Source: Escherichia phage EO1. Taken from it: 64,000 bases of DNA. The position numbers and the translations under genes are program-made. The DNA is taken from the sequence record OQ223305.1; one strand, given 5' to 3'. Below, one piece after another: positions 11,093 to 29,483 of the stretch. The notes below the pieces were generated by a model. The model was not told where the DNA came from and did not search any database. It worked only from the letters and a program-made list of their open reading frames with translations. How positions within the stretch are numbered: the stretch's first letter is position 1; each line of letters starts with the position of its first letter.

Positions 11093-12658
11093 TTAGATAC
11101 CTTTAACATATACACGGCGGAAGTAAGCGTTTTTACCAAGGCTATTCAGAATAGAAGGCATACCGCTCTGGATGCGAGAAGCCGGAGCCTGAGCAGCGGA
11201 TTCTGCAAATGGGTTGATACCGATACCGTAACGAGTTTTGAATCCCATTACTGGTTGGAAGTTCTTCGGATCGGAACCACGCAGCGGAGTCAGAGCTACA
11301 TATGGAGCATAGTAAATACCAGCATCCATTTCGTTCGGACCTTTATAACCTACAGTGAAATAATCCTGTTTAGCATACTGGTCGATATATACACGGTATT
11401 TACCACCCAGAACACCAGCAAATACTGACTTGGTAGTATCAGTGTTAAAGCCTGTAGCCAGACCCTGTGCAGCATAAGAAATGCCAGTATCAACTGAAGC
11501 CAGAACGTTAACTACGTTACGGGAAGCGATAATGAAGTTACCTTCACCACGACCGGTCTGACGAGCAATTTCAACTGCTTCTTTGTCAATCTGGAACAAC
11601 AGAGCTTTAAAGGATTCACCCGCCCAGCGAGCACCACGAATATCAATCGGATCCTGGAAGTCAAATACACCAGCTTTAGAACCCGGAGTTAGGGTCATAC
11701 CAGATTTACCAACCTGAGCTGAGTAGTTAATCCAATCAACAACTTCACGGTTGATTTCCAGCATGATTTCGGTAGCCAGAATACCAGACAGTTCAGCATC
11801 AGCATCCATACCGTGAACAGCGCGGAGGTCTTGTGCTAATTCGATAGAGTAAGCAGCTTTCAGCTGACGAGATTTAGCTTCGATAACTTGTTTATCGATA
11901 CGGAAGCCCATTTCATTCCATGGGTTATCGGTAGAACCGTTGAAACCTTCCTGAAGTTCAGCGATAGAAGTAGCCATACCTTCAGCGATTTCTACCAGTA
12001 CACCAGCTTCCATTTGTTTCTTAATTTCAGCATCTAATTTAGCTGCATCAGTTGCGCTTGCACTAATTGTTACTTGAGCAGAAGCCTGCAGATACACAGT
12101 ACCAGTGTCCTGGAAGAAGTGAGTATAGATATCACCTACTGTGGTTTCTGTGCTAGCAGCCAGAGCCGGGAATTTCTTAGCAGCACCCTGGCCAGAGAAC
12201 ATTGCATCTGGACCATACATTGGGTGGAATGCTTCTTTAGCACCGGAAGCGATTGGGTCTTTACCATATACTGCACGCAGTGCGAATACCTGGCCAGTCG
12301 GGCTGTTCATCGGCTGAACACCACAAATATCGAAAGCAATCAGGTTAGGAATAGCACGACGTACCATACCCATAACAGCTGGGCCAATCTGAGTTACTGC
12401 GCCAGAAGTCTGACCAGCAGCGATGTTAGTAGCATTGTAACCGTGGTCACCACCGATTTCAGCTTCTGTTAAGAAAGAACCGAACGCCTGAGCGATTTTT
12501 TCGTCTTTGTACTCTGGAGCTGTCTGGAAATCTTTTTCCTGGTTTTCAAAGATTTTAGCGATAATCGCTTGTTTGCTATTAGCAATTTCCGGTAAACCTT
12601 CACCTTCCAGTAATGGCTTCCATTTGTTCAAAAGTTCAGCTTTAGTTTTGATAGTCAT
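11093..12658 (-). CDS. 23: Major capsid protein gp23
   Basis: 521 aa, T4 gp23 length, synteny. Confidence 0.95.
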   Translation of the reverse strand: MTIKTKAELLNKWKPLLEGEGLPEIANSKQAIIAKIFENQEKDFQTAPEYKDEKIAQAFGSFLTEAEIGGDHGYNATNIAAGQTSGAVTQIGPAVMGMVRRAIPNLIAFDICGVQPMNSPTGQVFALRAVYGKDPIASGAKEAFHPMYGPDAMFSGQGAAKKFPALAASTETTVGDIYTHFFQDTGTVYLQASAQVTISASATDAAKLDAEIKKQMEAGVLVEIAEGMATSIAELQEGFNGSTDNPWNEMGFRIDKQVIEAKSRQLKAAYSIELAQDLRAVHGMDADAELSGILATEIMLEINREVVDWINYSAQVGKSGMTLTPGSKAGVFDFQDPIDIRGARWAGESFKALLFQIDKEAVEIARQTGRGEGNFIIASRNVVNVLASVDTGISYAAQGLATGFNTDTTKSVFAGVLGGKYRVYIDQYAKQDYFTVGYKGPNEMDAGIYYAPYVALTPLRGSDPKNFQPVMGFKTRYGIGINPFAESAAQAPASRIQSGMPSILNSLGKNAYFRRVYVKGI

Positions 12659-12676
12659 TTGTGTTAACCTTTAAAA

Positions 12677-13486
12677 TTAGAAACGAGATGCGACTTTCGC
12701 ATATACACTTACAATATCTTCTGCACCAGGTGCAGCTTTATCTTCTACAGCTTCAGTGACGAAATTCAGTCCGGCTGCTTCAGTATCAGGAGTATTTATA
12801 CCCTCAGTAATAGTGCTTTCATCTTTATTAGACTTCTTCACCATTTCTACGATGGCACTCAATTTATTTGAGAATTCATCTGAATAATCCATACCTTCGA
12901 CCAGAGCAGAGACTTTTTCTTTTTGAGACTCAGTCAGATCTTTAGTACTTTCGCTCAATGCCACTTCACGCTGCACATAATTGATATATGCGTCACGCTT
13001 ATTGAGTTCTTCGAACAGACGAGCTGATTCTTCTTTATGTTCTTGCAGCTCTTCTTCCATTTCAGCTACAACATCAACTGATTCTTCTGGAACAACAACG
13101 TTGTGTTCAACAAAGAGCTCTTTTAATCCACCAAGCATGGATTCAAACAGTTCGGCTTTGATGCCTTTATCAACTGCTAATTTATTTTCAGCGAGCCATT
13201 CTTTCGCAAGATGGTCAATGAATTTAGAAGCTTGCTCAGCGATTTTCTTCTCAGCTTTTTCTTCGGCTTCTTCTTTATTTTTTTCTACTTCTTCTTCTGC
13301 TTTTTCAGCAATTTTAGCGATATGAGATTCAGCTAATTTAACGGCGTGCTGCTTGACGGTAGCTTCGAATACAGTGCCGAAAGTTTCTTTTGCTTCCGGA
13401 GAAATATTAACTGATTCGAAAATACTATCAAGAGCAACGGAAGCATCAATTTTTTGCGCTTCAGCAATCAGTTGTTCTTTAAGCAT
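12677..13486 (-). CDS. 22: Prohead core scaffold protein gp22
   Basis: 269 aa, highly charged E/K-rich, synteny. Confidence 0.85.
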   Translation of the reverse strand: MLKEQLIAEAQKIDASVALDSIFESVNISPEAKETFGTVFEATVKQHAVKLAESHIAKIAEKAEEEVEKNKEEAEEKAEKKIAEQASKFIDHLAKEWLAENKLAVDKGIKAELFESMLGGLKELFVEHNVVVPEESVDVVAEMEEELQEHKEESARLFEELNKRDAYINYVQREVALSESTKDLTESQKEKVSALVEGMDYSDEFSNKLSAIVEMVKKSNKDESTITEGINTPDTEAAGLNFVTEAVEDKAAPGAEDIVSVYAKVASRF

Positions 13487-13516
13487 TTTGTAGTCCTGTT
13501 GTTTAGATAATAATAT

Positions 13517-14155
13517 TTATAACGCTTTTTTCATGGCCTCTGCGAGAGCCATATAGGCGTCATCGGCACTTGTATCGGCTTCCGCCGTCTGTGATTCGGT
13601 AATTTCCTTAGGAGTTACCCATGCATCTGGAGCACTTGGACCCCATACTGCATCAACACCTACAGTTAATTTGAATCCTTCGTTTACGATACGATAACCT
13701 TTATTTGTGTCAGTCAATGAACCTAATCCACGAGAAGAAACTCCTGGAATCCATCCGGCACGAATATTAGCTGCTAATTTATCTCCAGGACCGTGGTCAC
13801 CTTCAATAACACGAGCTCGTCCGTATACGTCATTTCCTTTCCACCACATATCTTCTATAATGATAGCGGCTTGCATCGGGTCAACATTAGCGCGTGGAGG
13901 ATGATTTAATTCTCCGAGAGCTTGTTTAGTTAAAACTTGCTCATTAATATAGTCTTTTACCGCTTTTTCTAATATGCGTTTTGGATAAAGACGTTTATTT
14001 CTATTGACGACTTCTGCTTGCATGAATATTCCTTCGATGTATAAACCCGGTTTTAAACCTAAGTCTTTTCCATCGTGGGATTCGAGCATTGGCACACCAT
14101 CAATAATTTCGCCAGGTTGACCCCAAGTTTCAATTAGTAATTGGGGTTCATTCAT
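13517..14155 (-). CDS. 21: Prohead protease gp21
   Basis: 212 aa, T4 gp21 length, synteny. Confidence 0.9.
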   Translation of the reverse strand: MNEPQLLIETWGQPGEIIDGVPMLESHDGKDLGLKPGLYIEGIFMQAEVVNRNKRLYPKRILEKAVKDYINEQVLTKQALGELNHPPRANVDPMQAAIIIEDMWWKGNDVYGRARVIEGDHGPGDKLAANIRAGWIPGVSSRGLGSLTDTNKGYRIVNEGFKLTVGVDAVWGPSAPDAWVTPKEITESQTAEADTSADDAYMALAEAMKKAL

Positions 14156-14580
14156 TAGCTTAATCCTAATGCTTTACGGCGTTTAAGAGCTTTTTTACGC
14201 TTACGCTGAGCACGAGATTGACCTGCTGGATTGGCAATCTTCGTTTTGGTAGCTTTGCGAGCAATTTGTCTACGTTTTGCTTTAGACAGCCCAGTGGTTT
14301 GAAATGCATTACGTTCGCGTGTTTTGCGATCTTTAGTACGTGTAATTTCACCACGAGCTGAAACGTGCTTAACAATGAATTCATTTAACGGCATGTTTTC
14401 ATTAATAGAAGCTAATGCAACTGCTAAATCAGTTTCATCATCAAGCATATTCTCGACAATTGTATTTATATCGTCTTTATTTAAAGCAGAAGACAATTCG
14501 TCAAAGCGACCCTGTGCTTCAGGAATAAGTGCTTCGACATTCTCGAGAACTAATTCATGAGTTTCAGGGATCAGAAGCAT
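14155..14580 (-). CDS. 68: Prohead core protein gp68
   Basis: 141 aa, synteny. Confidence 0.75.
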
Positions 14581-14812
14581 TATTCATCATCCTCGTCTTC
14601 GTCAGAGTCTTTGTCTTTTTTGTCGTCTTTATCATCACCATCTTCGTCATCATCTTCGTCTTCAGGTTCTTCACCTTCGATTAAGAAATTACGAGCGATA
14701 GCGATTTTTTCTTCTTTAATTAAATCAATCGTTCTTGCAGCCATGGCTTCAGCAAAGAATTTACGAGCGGCTACGAGGTCGTTTGATTTAATAGCTTCAA
14801 TTAAACCTTCCA

Positions 14813-14813
<1 letters not shown>
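14580..14813 (-). CDS. 67: Prohead core protein gp67 (acidic D/E tract)
   Basis: 77 aa, synteny between 20 and 68. Confidence 0.7.
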
Positions 14814-16438
<1,625 letters not shown>

Positions 16439-16470
16439 TTAAGCAGGATGGGGATTTCTCCCCATTCATT

Positions 16471-16962
16471 TTATTCCCAATAATCGAGAGCGAGAGTTAC
16501 TTCAAAGGTTTGGATTTCATTGTTTGAATCCCAATCTAACTGAAGTTCACCCACGTTAGTAGGCCACAGGCCTTTAATTTCGACTTCTTTTGTTACAGTT
16601 TTAGCGTCACGAGCATATTGGCGTACAATAGCACTCTTTTTATACTCTGCTGGTTTTCCACCAGTAATTTCGTTTCCTTGCCCAGCAGCAATGCTTTGCC
16701 AGTCAACAAACTTCTGACGAGCATCATGTGCCTCATCGTTCATTACTGTAATAGTCCAGTCATCGAATGTACGATCGCCTGCTACGTTAATTTTACGGTT
16801 CATAAATCCGACTGGAATTTTTTCTACAATACCAGCTGGTAAAGCAGTGGCTTTACATTGAAACGTAAAATTTTGTCCAAGATAAGAAATTTCTACTTGG
16901 AATAAGTTAGGTCGAGCAAAATCACCAGATTCAAACGCTCGTGTTACATCATCTACAAACAT
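16471..16962 (-). CDS. 19: Tail tube protein gp19
   Basis: 163 aa, T4 gp19 length, synteny. Confidence 0.9.
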   Translation of the reverse strand: MFVDDVTRAFESGDFARPNLFQVEISYLGQNFTFQCKATALPAGIVEKIPVGFMNRKINVAGDRTFDDWTITVMNDEAHDARQKFVDWQSIAAGQGNEITGGKPAEYKKSAIVRQYARDAKTVTKEVEIKGLWPTNVGELQLDWDSNNEIQTFEVTLALDYWE

Positions 16963-16976
16963 ATTAGCCTCTGTAG

Positions 16977-17043
16977 TATTTATATCCCTATGTTTAACCT
17001 AGGGCATATAGAATTAAAGAATTAAGGATATAGTGTATTTATA
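16977..17043 (-). promoter_or_regulatory. Two late promoters TATAAATA (minus; 16977-16984 and 17036-17043) upstream of gene 19, next to a hairpin (17045-17062)
   Basis: tatttata twice on + strand; ggcctg-ccgaaa-caggcc hairpin after gene 18. Confidence 0.45.
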
Positions 17044-17078
17044 TGGCCTGCCGAAACAGGCCTTTAGAATGCACCGTA

Positions 17079-19058
17079 TTAACCTGCAAGACCAGTTAAC
17101 TCATCGAAATCTGCACCTGTAGCAGTTGCTACGAAGTTCAAGGTAATGTAGTTAATGCTTCTAGCCGGTTGGATGTAGAATGTTGCAACAAACTCATTTC
17201 TATCAATTACTGACGGAGTGTTATTTGTTGTATCGCAAACTACACGATATTCATAAATTCCACCGAGAGCTTTAATTCCCTGTAAGTATTGGGCAGTTTC
17301 TGTGCGGAATGATGAACGAGTAAACGCGTTGTTTAATTCGAACAAACGATATTTTGAACTACGTCCGATATTCGTTTTCAACATATTAAACAGACGACGA
17401 ACGTTAATACGATCAAATGGAGAAGGAACAGAAGTAGCTGTTTTATCACCATATAATACGTAACCATCACCACCTGTACCAGTTACTGGGTTGATAGCTT
17501 CTTGATATAAACGGTCGCGCTGAGCTTGGCGAGTTTCAATAGCAAGTTTAATAACGTTAAGAATCTGGCCGCGATTATAACCAGCTGGAGACATCCAAGT
17601 CTGAGAAACGTTATCGGTTCTTGCACATAAACCGGCAATATCAGCTGCTAATGGAACCCAACGATTGACATCATTATATTTGTCATACTGATATTTGTAG
17701 TTACCATCAATTGCTGCGTAGGTTGAACTGATATTAAAGTTATTATCAGTGTATGAACCTGTTGCAGTTCTCCAATTGACTAAGTTATCAACAGCGCGAG
17801 TTACAGGAATTCCAACTACAGTTTCGCGCGGTGGTGAGCACAATACTAAGCAATCCTGGCGAGCATCCCCAATTGAAACGACGTGTTTTTGGACAGTAGA
17901 TGCTGTTTCTAAAGATTCACCGGCACAAGAACCCGCAATAAACAACTGAACGTCAACAGATTCACGGTCAGCAAAGAAGTCCCAAGCTTCCATCAAATCT
18001 CCTGCTGTTACTTCAGCATTTGATGATAATCCACCAGACAGAGTTAAAATTCCAGAGAATCCTTCTGGCCAGTTTTGTGCAGTTGCGAAAATATATTCTG
18101 AACCACCTTTTGCGAAAAAGTCATCAATGTAGATGTTACTATCGTAAATATCTTTTTCACCACGCTTTGTTGAAAGAACAACGCTTTGAACAATAGCATC
18201 ATTACGACGAACTATAATAGCGTATTGCGAATCAGTTTGTGGTCCATATCCAAACACTGCTTTGGCAGTAGATGCACGTGTTCCGCCACCTGGATAAATT
18301 GGGAGTAATGCAGAAGCACCTTTTGCGTAGTCAGCTTTAGATACGATTTCAATTTCGATTTTATCGCCCAACTCGCCCGGATAAAGAGCTACTACTCCTG
18401 GAATTCCATATTTTTCGAGATTTGTTTGAAATTCAACCGCTGTCATAGCAGCTTCGGCATTTTCAATTTCAGCTAATAAAATACCAGAATCAGTAATAAT
18501 TTTTCCAAGAGTTATTACTGCAGCTAAACCAGAGGAAGACGAAGAAATTTCCGCGGTCCAGTTAGAACCTAATGCTGGATATTCACCGACTTCTTTCGCT
18601 TTAGCGATAATTTTTGCAGTAGGAATATTAATTTTCTTAATTTTTCCATCAGCATCTACTTCGGTAATTTTACCTTCCGTTTCAATGTCTTCTGAAACAT
18701 ACTTAACTGTGATTTTATCTCCAACCGCGTAGTTACTACCTGGGGTAGAAATAGTGTATTCAATATTACCAGCAATCGGAGATGAGTTTTTAGCGGTATC
18801 TCTATCGACAGCACGCACAACTCGCAAATCATTTCCGTATTGTAAGAAATTCATTGCAGACATAAAATAGTCAGCAGTTTCAGCTGTAGGTTGACCAAAA
18901 GTATTAACTAAATCTACTTCATTTGTAACCTGTTTGATCTGAAAAGCAGGACCCCACTGGAATTTACCGGCCAAAGCTGCTGTACCAGTAGAGTTATTAA
19001 CCACGGTGCTTTGAACCGTAGTTTCTTTGAGCTCAATGCCCGGAGATAATAAAGTCAT
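17079..19058 (-). CDS. 18: Tail sheath protein gp18
   Basis: 659 aa, T4 gp18 length, synteny. Confidence 0.95.
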   Translation of the reverse strand: MTLLSPGIELKETTVQSTVVNNSTGTAALAGKFQWGPAFQIKQVTNEVDLVNTFGQPTAETADYFMSAMNFLQYGNDLRVVRAVDRDTAKNSSPIAGNIEYTISTPGSNYAVGDKITVKYVSEDIETEGKITEVDADGKIKKINIPTAKIIAKAKEVGEYPALGSNWTAEISSSSSGLAAVITLGKIITDSGILLAEIENAEAAMTAVEFQTNLEKYGIPGVVALYPGELGDKIEIEIVSKADYAKGASALLPIYPGGGTRASTAKAVFGYGPQTDSQYAIIVRRNDAIVQSVVLSTKRGEKDIYDSNIYIDDFFAKGGSEYIFATAQNWPEGFSGILTLSGGLSSNAEVTAGDLMEAWDFFADRESVDVQLFIAGSCAGESLETASTVQKHVVSIGDARQDCLVLCSPPRETVVGIPVTRAVDNLVNWRTATGSYTDNNFNISSTYAAIDGNYKYQYDKYNDVNRWVPLAADIAGLCARTDNVSQTWMSPAGYNRGQILNVIKLAIETRQAQRDRLYQEAINPVTGTGGDGYVLYGDKTATSVPSPFDRINVRRLFNMLKTNIGRSSKYRLFELNNAFTRSSFRTETAQYLQGIKALGGIYEYRVVCDTTNNTPSVIDRNEFVATFYIQPARSINYITLNFVATATGADFDELTGLAG

Positions 19059-19089
19059 TTTTAATCCTCTTTAATATGCTTTAATATAT

Positions 19090-22227
<3,138 letters not shown>

Positions 22228-22268
22228 GATTTCTCCTAATCTGGGCTTTAATTAGTTTATAATATTTA

Positions 22269-23970
<1,702 letters not shown>

Positions 23971-24001
23971 TTAAAAAAATCCTTTGGGGCCTTGCGGCCC
24001 C
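23971..24001 (-). terminator. Rho-independent terminator after wac
   Basis: ggggcc-ttgc-ggcccc stem followed by U7 on the minus-strand transcript. Confidence 0.6.
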
Positions 24002-24004
24002 ATG

Positions 24005-25462
24005 TTATGCTGGTGATAAAAAGGTAGAAAGTAGTACCCATTCGCCGTCTTTACGAACGTAAGCTTGGCCATCTTTTGGAGCTTCAGGGATATAACCTGC
24101 TTCCTGTAAAGTCTGAACATCCCCCTGTAATGAAGATACATTACTTTTAATACTACGCATTTCTTGATTAATAGAAGAAATGTTAGTTTCATTAGCTTTT
24201 ATTGAATTAGTTAATCCGCGCTCTTCTACTGTTGAACCATTTGGATTTGTGCCGCTTACTAGTTTATTTAGTGCAACAACTTGGCCTTTAATTCCAGTAG
24301 TGTTATTACCAATTTCAACTTGTAAGTTTTGAACATCATTGTTCAGTCTATTAACTGAAGTTTCAACAGTTGAAACCCTATTTAAAAGAGACCCAGGAGG
24401 AGAAGGCTGACCTCCACTAGAATCAGTTCCAACGATTTGGTTTAGCCATGAAACGTTTGCTCGTAGTCCAGATGAAGTGTTTTCACCAACAATTCCATTT
24501 AAAAACTCAATTGATGTTGTATTATCTTTAATTTGACCTTTAATACTAGAAGGAATATCATCTGAGCCAATTGACGTTTCAATGACAGTCAATCGTTGTT
24601 TAATACCTCCGCTTTTATTTAGTTCATCATTTAAAGCTGAAATTTCTTGTGTATTAGTGTTAACATCTGTGATTATTGAAGTATTTCCTGGATATCCAAT
24701 AGAAGTTTTGATAGATTTAATTTCGGAACTAAGATTAATCTGCGATTGATCTAAATTATGAACACGTGAATATATGCTTTCACTGAATGAAGATGGTCTT
24801 TGTCCAAGTTCTTGTCTAAGATTTCCAACTTCAATTGTCAGTGAACCTACATCAGATTCAATAAATTTTTCTTCCAAATCACTTAGACGTATTCCTTGGG
24901 AAGTTATAGCATCTGTATTATTAATGATGCGGTGCTTCATACCCGTGCTGCTATTTCCTACAACAGGAAGACCATTGATGTCTTGCCCAGCATATTGTCC
25001 TAATTCCCTTTTAATCCATAACAAATCATTTCTAATCGTTCTATAAACTGAATTTGCTTGCGAATTAAATGGACCAATATCAGAAAGAATATTATCAACC
25101 GTAGTATTTGTGCCATTTAATATATCAGTATGTTCATTCGTGAGTGTCTTTAAATTTGATATATCATTTTTATTAACACTGATCTGTGATAGCGCTTCTA
25201 TATCTCCTGATACATCTAAAATGCCTTGAATGGTTTTAATATCTTCCTGAGATGTTTCAATGGCAGTTTTAAGAATTCCTACATTTTCGTCGAGAACCTC
25301 GACATTTTTAAACACAGAAACAGTTGGTCTATTCATTGACCCATCGTTTCCATACTTAGTACTAGCTCCTAATATTTCTTCACCATTTTTAATCCATGAA
25401 ATACGTTCCTGACCTTCGCCAGGAACGCTATCAACAAAAGGTAACTCTTTTAATTCAATCAT
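24005..25462 (-). CDS. wac: Fibritin (whisker) Wac
   Basis: 485 aa, coiled-coil heptad-rich, C-terminal foldon-like tail [27 protein letters not shown]. Confidence 0.85.
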   Translation of the reverse strand: MIELKELPFVDSVPGEGQERISWIKNGEEILGASTKYGNDGSMNRPTVSVFKNVEVLDENVGILKTAIETSQEDIKTIQGILDVSGDIEALSQISVNKNDISNLKTLTNEHTDILNGTNTTVDNILSDIGPFNSQANSVYRTIRNDLLWIKRELGQYAGQDINGLPVVGNSSTGMKHRIINNTDAITSQGIRLSDLEEKFIESDVGSLTIEVGNLRQELGQRPSSFSESIYSRVHNLDQSQINLSSEIKSIKTSIGYPGNTSIITDVNTNTQEISALNDELNKSGGIKQRLTVIETSIGSDDIPSSIKGQIKDNTTSIEFLNGIVGENTSSGLRANVSWLNQIVGTDSSGGQPSPPGSLLNRVSTVETSVNRLNNDVQNLQVEIGNNTTGIKGQVVALNKLVSGTNPNGSTVEERGLTNSIKANETNISSINQEMRSIKSNVSSLQGDVQTLQEAGYIPEAPKDGQAYVRKDGEWVLLSTFLSPA

Positions 25463-25471
25463 TTGTAATCC

Positions 25472-27022
25472 TTAGTAATGAATTTTAATAATATAGTTTA
25501 ATGATATATTCCATGGTCTAGTTTCATAACCAATTAATCCTTCACGATTAAGTGTACCAAGGGCATCTCTCGGTCCACCCAATTCAAATCCATCATTAGT
25601 GAAGTATGAAGCATTATCCCAGTCGGCATATTTTCTAGTTCCAAGATATCCTTGATAAACGGACGCACCAAATGGAGCTTCATGTCTTTGGTATTCTCCC
25701 CAACCACCAGCATGTTTATGGTATGACATTTGTTGTGCCTGAACGCCACCAACATGCATTCCGTCGCATCCTACACCAAGTCTATCCTTCCCATAGCCAT
25801 CTTGTCCTCGTTGATTTAAAATATGACCGCCCGTGCCAGCTCCTCTGACGAAAAGACCTCTCATATCAGGAATGCCAGGGTTATTCCAATCACCACCAAA
25901 TCTTGTTCCAACTGTGTTTCTATAATCAGGATATTGATCTCCTGACACTGTTCCACCATGGCACATAATCCAACCCGGAGGTGCTGAATCTCCCGCAAAC
26001 ATCATAATAGTTCCAACTGGAACCCTTTCTGACGCATATCTTTCAGTGGCAACAGGTTGATCGCCATTTTTCCACATTCCGCCGCGCGACCAAATTCCGT
26101 TTGCTGTAAGATGGTCTAAATTTAAAGAACCATTAATAGTTTGTCCACCACGAGTATTAATTACATCTGCGTTCCATGCTAATGCACCAGAGCTATCACC
26201 TTCAGGGGCAATACCGGCTTGCGTCGTTAATTTTACCACCCCACGCATAGAACCAGTAGCTCCTCGACCATTTAGTGTTTCACCTGTTACTGCAACATCT
26301 CCTAAATTACTGTTAATTTCCGATTGTGTTCCTAAACGTATAACACCCTTATATTCTTGTGTTGCAACAGAATTCATAAAGGTATACGGAGAAATTGCAT
26401 ATCCTTCGCGGAGAGTTCCTTGACGAGTTTGCGCAACAGTAGATAATTGAACTACACCTCTCACAGATTCTGATGCAGTATCTTCGGAAGGAGCTATTTG
26501 TGAAATTAATTTTATTGCAAGTTTTTGCGTTTTTAATGGAGTCATTGCCGTAGTATCATCAACTCCAGCTAAAGCTGCAGGTGTAGATGATATTTTAATA
26601 ACCCCATTTGATGACTCAGACGAATATCTATTTTGGAACACATCGTCAGTATGGTATTTCAGTTTTTGCGGCGTTATTGATGAATTATTATCTGAGCCTT
26701 CTAATGTTTCTTCATTTGTTGAATAGCGCGTTAAACCATACTTAGTTTCAGTAGCATTTGGATACAATAATCTTGTTGCTAATGTAGCTGGTGTAACGAT
26801 TTTAGAATTATTAGTTCCATCTAAAACCTCTTGCTCTGACGCAATCATTGCTATTCCTTTAACTTCCATAGTTGCATCAGGAATACCATTTACGCCGATA
26901 TTACTTATTTTTGATAATGCAGACTGCACTGTCGTGACAGTGTCAGGAAAATTCGATCCTACTGGATCGAATTTAACATATTTTGATTCATTTGATACGT
27001 GCTGATATGTATTGTTACTCAT
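25472..27022 (-). CDS. 12: Short tail fiber gp12
   Basis: 516 aa, synteny between wac and gene 11. Confidence 0.85.
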   Translation of the reverse strand: MSNNTYQHVSNESKYVKFDPVGSNFPDTVTTVQSALSKISNIGVNGIPDATMEVKGIAMIASEQEVLDGTNNSKIVTPATLATRLLYPNATETKYGLTRYSTNEETLEGSDNNSSITPQKLKYHTDDVFQNRYSSESSNGVIKISSTPAALAGVDDTTAMTPLKTQKLAIKLISQIAPSEDTASESVRGVVQLSTVAQTRQGTLREGYAISPYTFMNSVATQEYKGVIRLGTQSEINSNLGDVAVTGETLNGRGATGSMRGVVKLTTQAGIAPEGDSSGALAWNADVINTRGGQTINGSLNLDHLTANGIWSRGGMWKNGDQPVATERYASERVPVGTIMMFAGDSAPPGWIMCHGGTVSGDQYPDYRNTVGTRFGGDWNNPGIPDMRGLFVRGAGTGGHILNQRGQDGYGKDRLGVGCDGMHVGGVQAQQMSYHKHAGGWGEYQRHEAPFGASVYQGYLGTRKYADWDNASYFTNDGFELGGPRDALGTLNREGLIGYETRPWNISLNYIIKIHY

Positions 27023-27678
27023 GCTATTCTCTCAAAATAATAAAATACTGTAGGTTGTGTGTGACTATCTAGCGTGACAGTTTGCGCACCTAATAATTGC
27101 CAAGTTCCGTATCCAGGTTTAGAAGGAGAAATTATTTCCTGTTTGAAAGTAATTCCTTTATCAGAGTATTGTTCTAAGATATGTTCTTGGTTATCTAAAT
27201 ACTTAACTTGTATTTTATTTCCTATGGTAGGATGGTCTTCAAATGAATCAATTGCAATAAATTTTGCAACCATTTCCTGTAGAGCTGTTCTAACGGCACT
27301 GGTAAATTCGATTGAAGTCATTCCGTTAGTAGCTTTAACAGGAATGCCAAACATGTTAACAATAACTGGGTCTCCGGGTTTAGCTGAAGTATCAGTAACA
27401 GTTCCTTCAAATGACCAATAGTCTGTTTGCTGCACGCCAGTAGGAGATACGCCGCTTATATTAACTAATACAGCTCCAACTTGTTGCTCTGCCATATTTC
27501 TAACATCATTGATAGCAGATTCTACATTTGGGTCATAAAAACCCTTTGCTATTTGTGAAATTGTTACAGCGCCTACTGGCTGATTATTCATAACCGAAAT
27601 ATCATTTTTCTTAGTTCTAAAACCAAGAAAATCTGCTAAGCGGGAAATAACTCCCGCTTTATTATTAAGTAAACTCAT
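27019..27678 (-). CDS. 11: Baseplate wedge / short-fiber attachment protein gp11
   Basis: ORF 27019-27696; start trimmed to Met giving 219 aa ([13 protein letters not shown]...) as in T4. Confidence 0.8.
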   Translation of the reverse strand: MSLLNNKAGVISRLADFLGFRTKKNDISVMNNQPVGAVTISQIAKGFYDPNVESAINDVRNMAEQQVGAVLVNISGVSPTGVQQTDYWSFEGTVTDTSAKPGDPVIVNMFGIPVKATNGMTSIEFTSAVRTALQEMVAKFIAIDSFEDHPTIGNKIQVKYLDNQEHILEQYSDKGITFKQEIISPSKPGYGTWQLLGAQTVTLDSHTQPTVFYYFERIA

Positions 27679-29483
27679 TATGCAATCCTTATCCAACGGT
27701 ATACAGTAATAGACGGTTGAATATTACTAATATTAGCAGGAGGAGTATGTGAAGAGTTTGTTGTTGCGTAATCTTCACGGTATTTTGTATATATAGGACC
27801 AGTTTCATCTGGGTCATATTGGCAACCTCCAATAATAACCGATCCATTTTCGTCTTCAATTAAAACTCTTTCGTCGGTTTTAGTTGCAGGAAGATTTGCG
27901 TTTTCAAGCGTTACTGATGTTGTTCCAACCGTTCCACCGGCAGTATGTGAAGGATTTCCACTAGAATCTAAATCATTATTGTTTAAAGCAAAGTTTGGAT
28001 CCGTAACATCATCATTCCATCCTACTAAAACTTGTCCTTTACCAAATAATTTCCATGAACCAAATCCCATATAAGTCACCGGATTATTTGGATTTATAGC
28101 ATTTTCATAAATTGAACCTACAGGATAAATGCTATCGAAAATAGATGATATTGAATTATACGTTCTAGTATAAGAATCAACTTTTTCAACATTTGGCCAA
28201 CCGATTTTATCGAAATCTGTTAAGGCCACATCACCAGTAACTTCAGTAGATGATCCTTTGCTAACATAGCGGTCATCAGTCAATTCAATAATGTCATCTT
28301 TTTCTAAAAGAGTTCCTAAATCGTTATTGAACCATGTTATAACGATAATGTCACCGGATTCAAATTTTCTATCAAATAAAAGACTGGTAGGTTTTCCATC
28401 TTCATATTCTATAGAATAATCTGTGTTTGATTCTTTCCATTCGCCACCAAGAGATATACATCCTTCTTGTGTATCTGAACTAGCGCCTTCACACAAAAAC
28501 AGAGGATATCCAGCTGTTCCAGCCTGCTGTTGTAAAATTCCATTAAAACGAACCTCAAGAGAGTTAGGATTAATGGGTTCACCAGGAATTAATCCAAATG
28601 CAGAAAATGGAATTGATTTCATCGCCGATAAATCAGTAACATAAATGCTTCCTTCTAAAGAAGTCTTTGATGTTAGTTTTGAATCTAGTACTTTTATTTG
28701 GCGTCTAGTATATGAACTTCTCCATTGTGATACACCATCCATAAATGTTTCAATTTGAACAGTGTCACCAATATTACAAGGCTGTCTTAATCGAATATTA
28801 AATCCATCAAGAGGAACTAATTCGCCTTCATTTTCGCCCGGAGAGCCAAAGTCACTGTTTTCGCTAAATACATCACCGTAATACAATTCGTTACCACGAT
28901 GTTTTACTCTGATGTTATTGACATTATAACTAGTTCCATTAAAAACATCTAAAAAGTCTGTTTGCCCTTGAACTTCGACTAAAAATTCTTTACGAGCTAC
29001 ATTACTAATGTCTGAACTAATAATTTTATCAATTTGCTTATTTTTGACATACTCCCAGCGTCCTGGAGCGCAATAAACGAGCTCTAAATCACTAAATTGA
29101 ATATTAATTTCAACTGACGATGACGACCCTTTAATTGTATCTCCGGAAGCAGCTACTAAAGTAACTGGATTGATGTTCCATGTAGCGAATACGTCTCTAG
29201 CTCTAATTACCTTGTTGTAATCATTAACAGTTCCTTTAGGAAGTTGTAGAGTTACTCTTCCAGACGAAGTATTAATGGCATATGATTTTCCCCATTCTGC
29301 CGTTAGTGTTTGTCCAGATGAAGCATTATAAGTTTTCCAGGCACCGGCTGAATATGGAACATCTCCATCACCAAGTTCATAATAAAGTTCATCAAAGTTT
29401 TCATTTATTTTTATACCACCTTTACGCAGGTAGTCACCGGTACCATCATCAACAACATTACCGATATTAATATTTTGTTTCAT
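27678..29483 (-). CDS. 10: Baseplate wedge protein gp10
   Basis: 601 aa, synteny. Confidence 0.85.
   Translation of the reverse strand: MKQNINIGNVVDDGTGDYLRKGGIKINENFDELYYELGDGDVPYSAGAWKTYNASSGQTLTAEWGKSYAINTSSGRVTLQLPKGTVNDYNKVIRARDVFATWNINPVTLVAASGDTIKGSSSSVEINIQFSDLELVYCAPGRWEYVKNKQIDKIISSDISNVARKEFLVEVQGQTDFLDVFNGTSYNVNNIRVKHRGNELYYGDVFSENSDFGSPGENEGELVPLDGFNIRLRQPCNIGDTVQIETFMDGVSQWRSSYTRRQIKVLDSKLTSKTSLEGSIYVTDLSAMKSIPFSAFGLIPGEPINPNSLEVRFNGILQQQAGTAGYPLFLCEGASSDTQEGCISLGGEWKESNTDYSIEYEDGKPTSLLFDRKFESGDIIVITWFNNDLGTLLEKDDIIELTDDRYVSKGSSTEVTGDVALTDFDKIGWPNVEKVDSYTRTYNSISSIFDSIYPVGSIYENAINPNNPVTYMGFGSWKLFGKGQVLVGWNDDVTDPNFALNNNDLDSSGNPSHTAGGTVGTTSVTLENANLPATKTDERVLIEDENGSVIIGGCQYDPDETGPIYTKYREDYATTNSSHTPPANISNIQPSITVYRWIRIA

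Noticed and set aside
16440-16470. Hairpins ctgc-tttaa-gcag and gggga-tttc-tcccc after gene 19 as a terminator
   Set aside because: No U-tract on the transcribed (minus) strand. More likely an RNA-stability or processing structure; not called.
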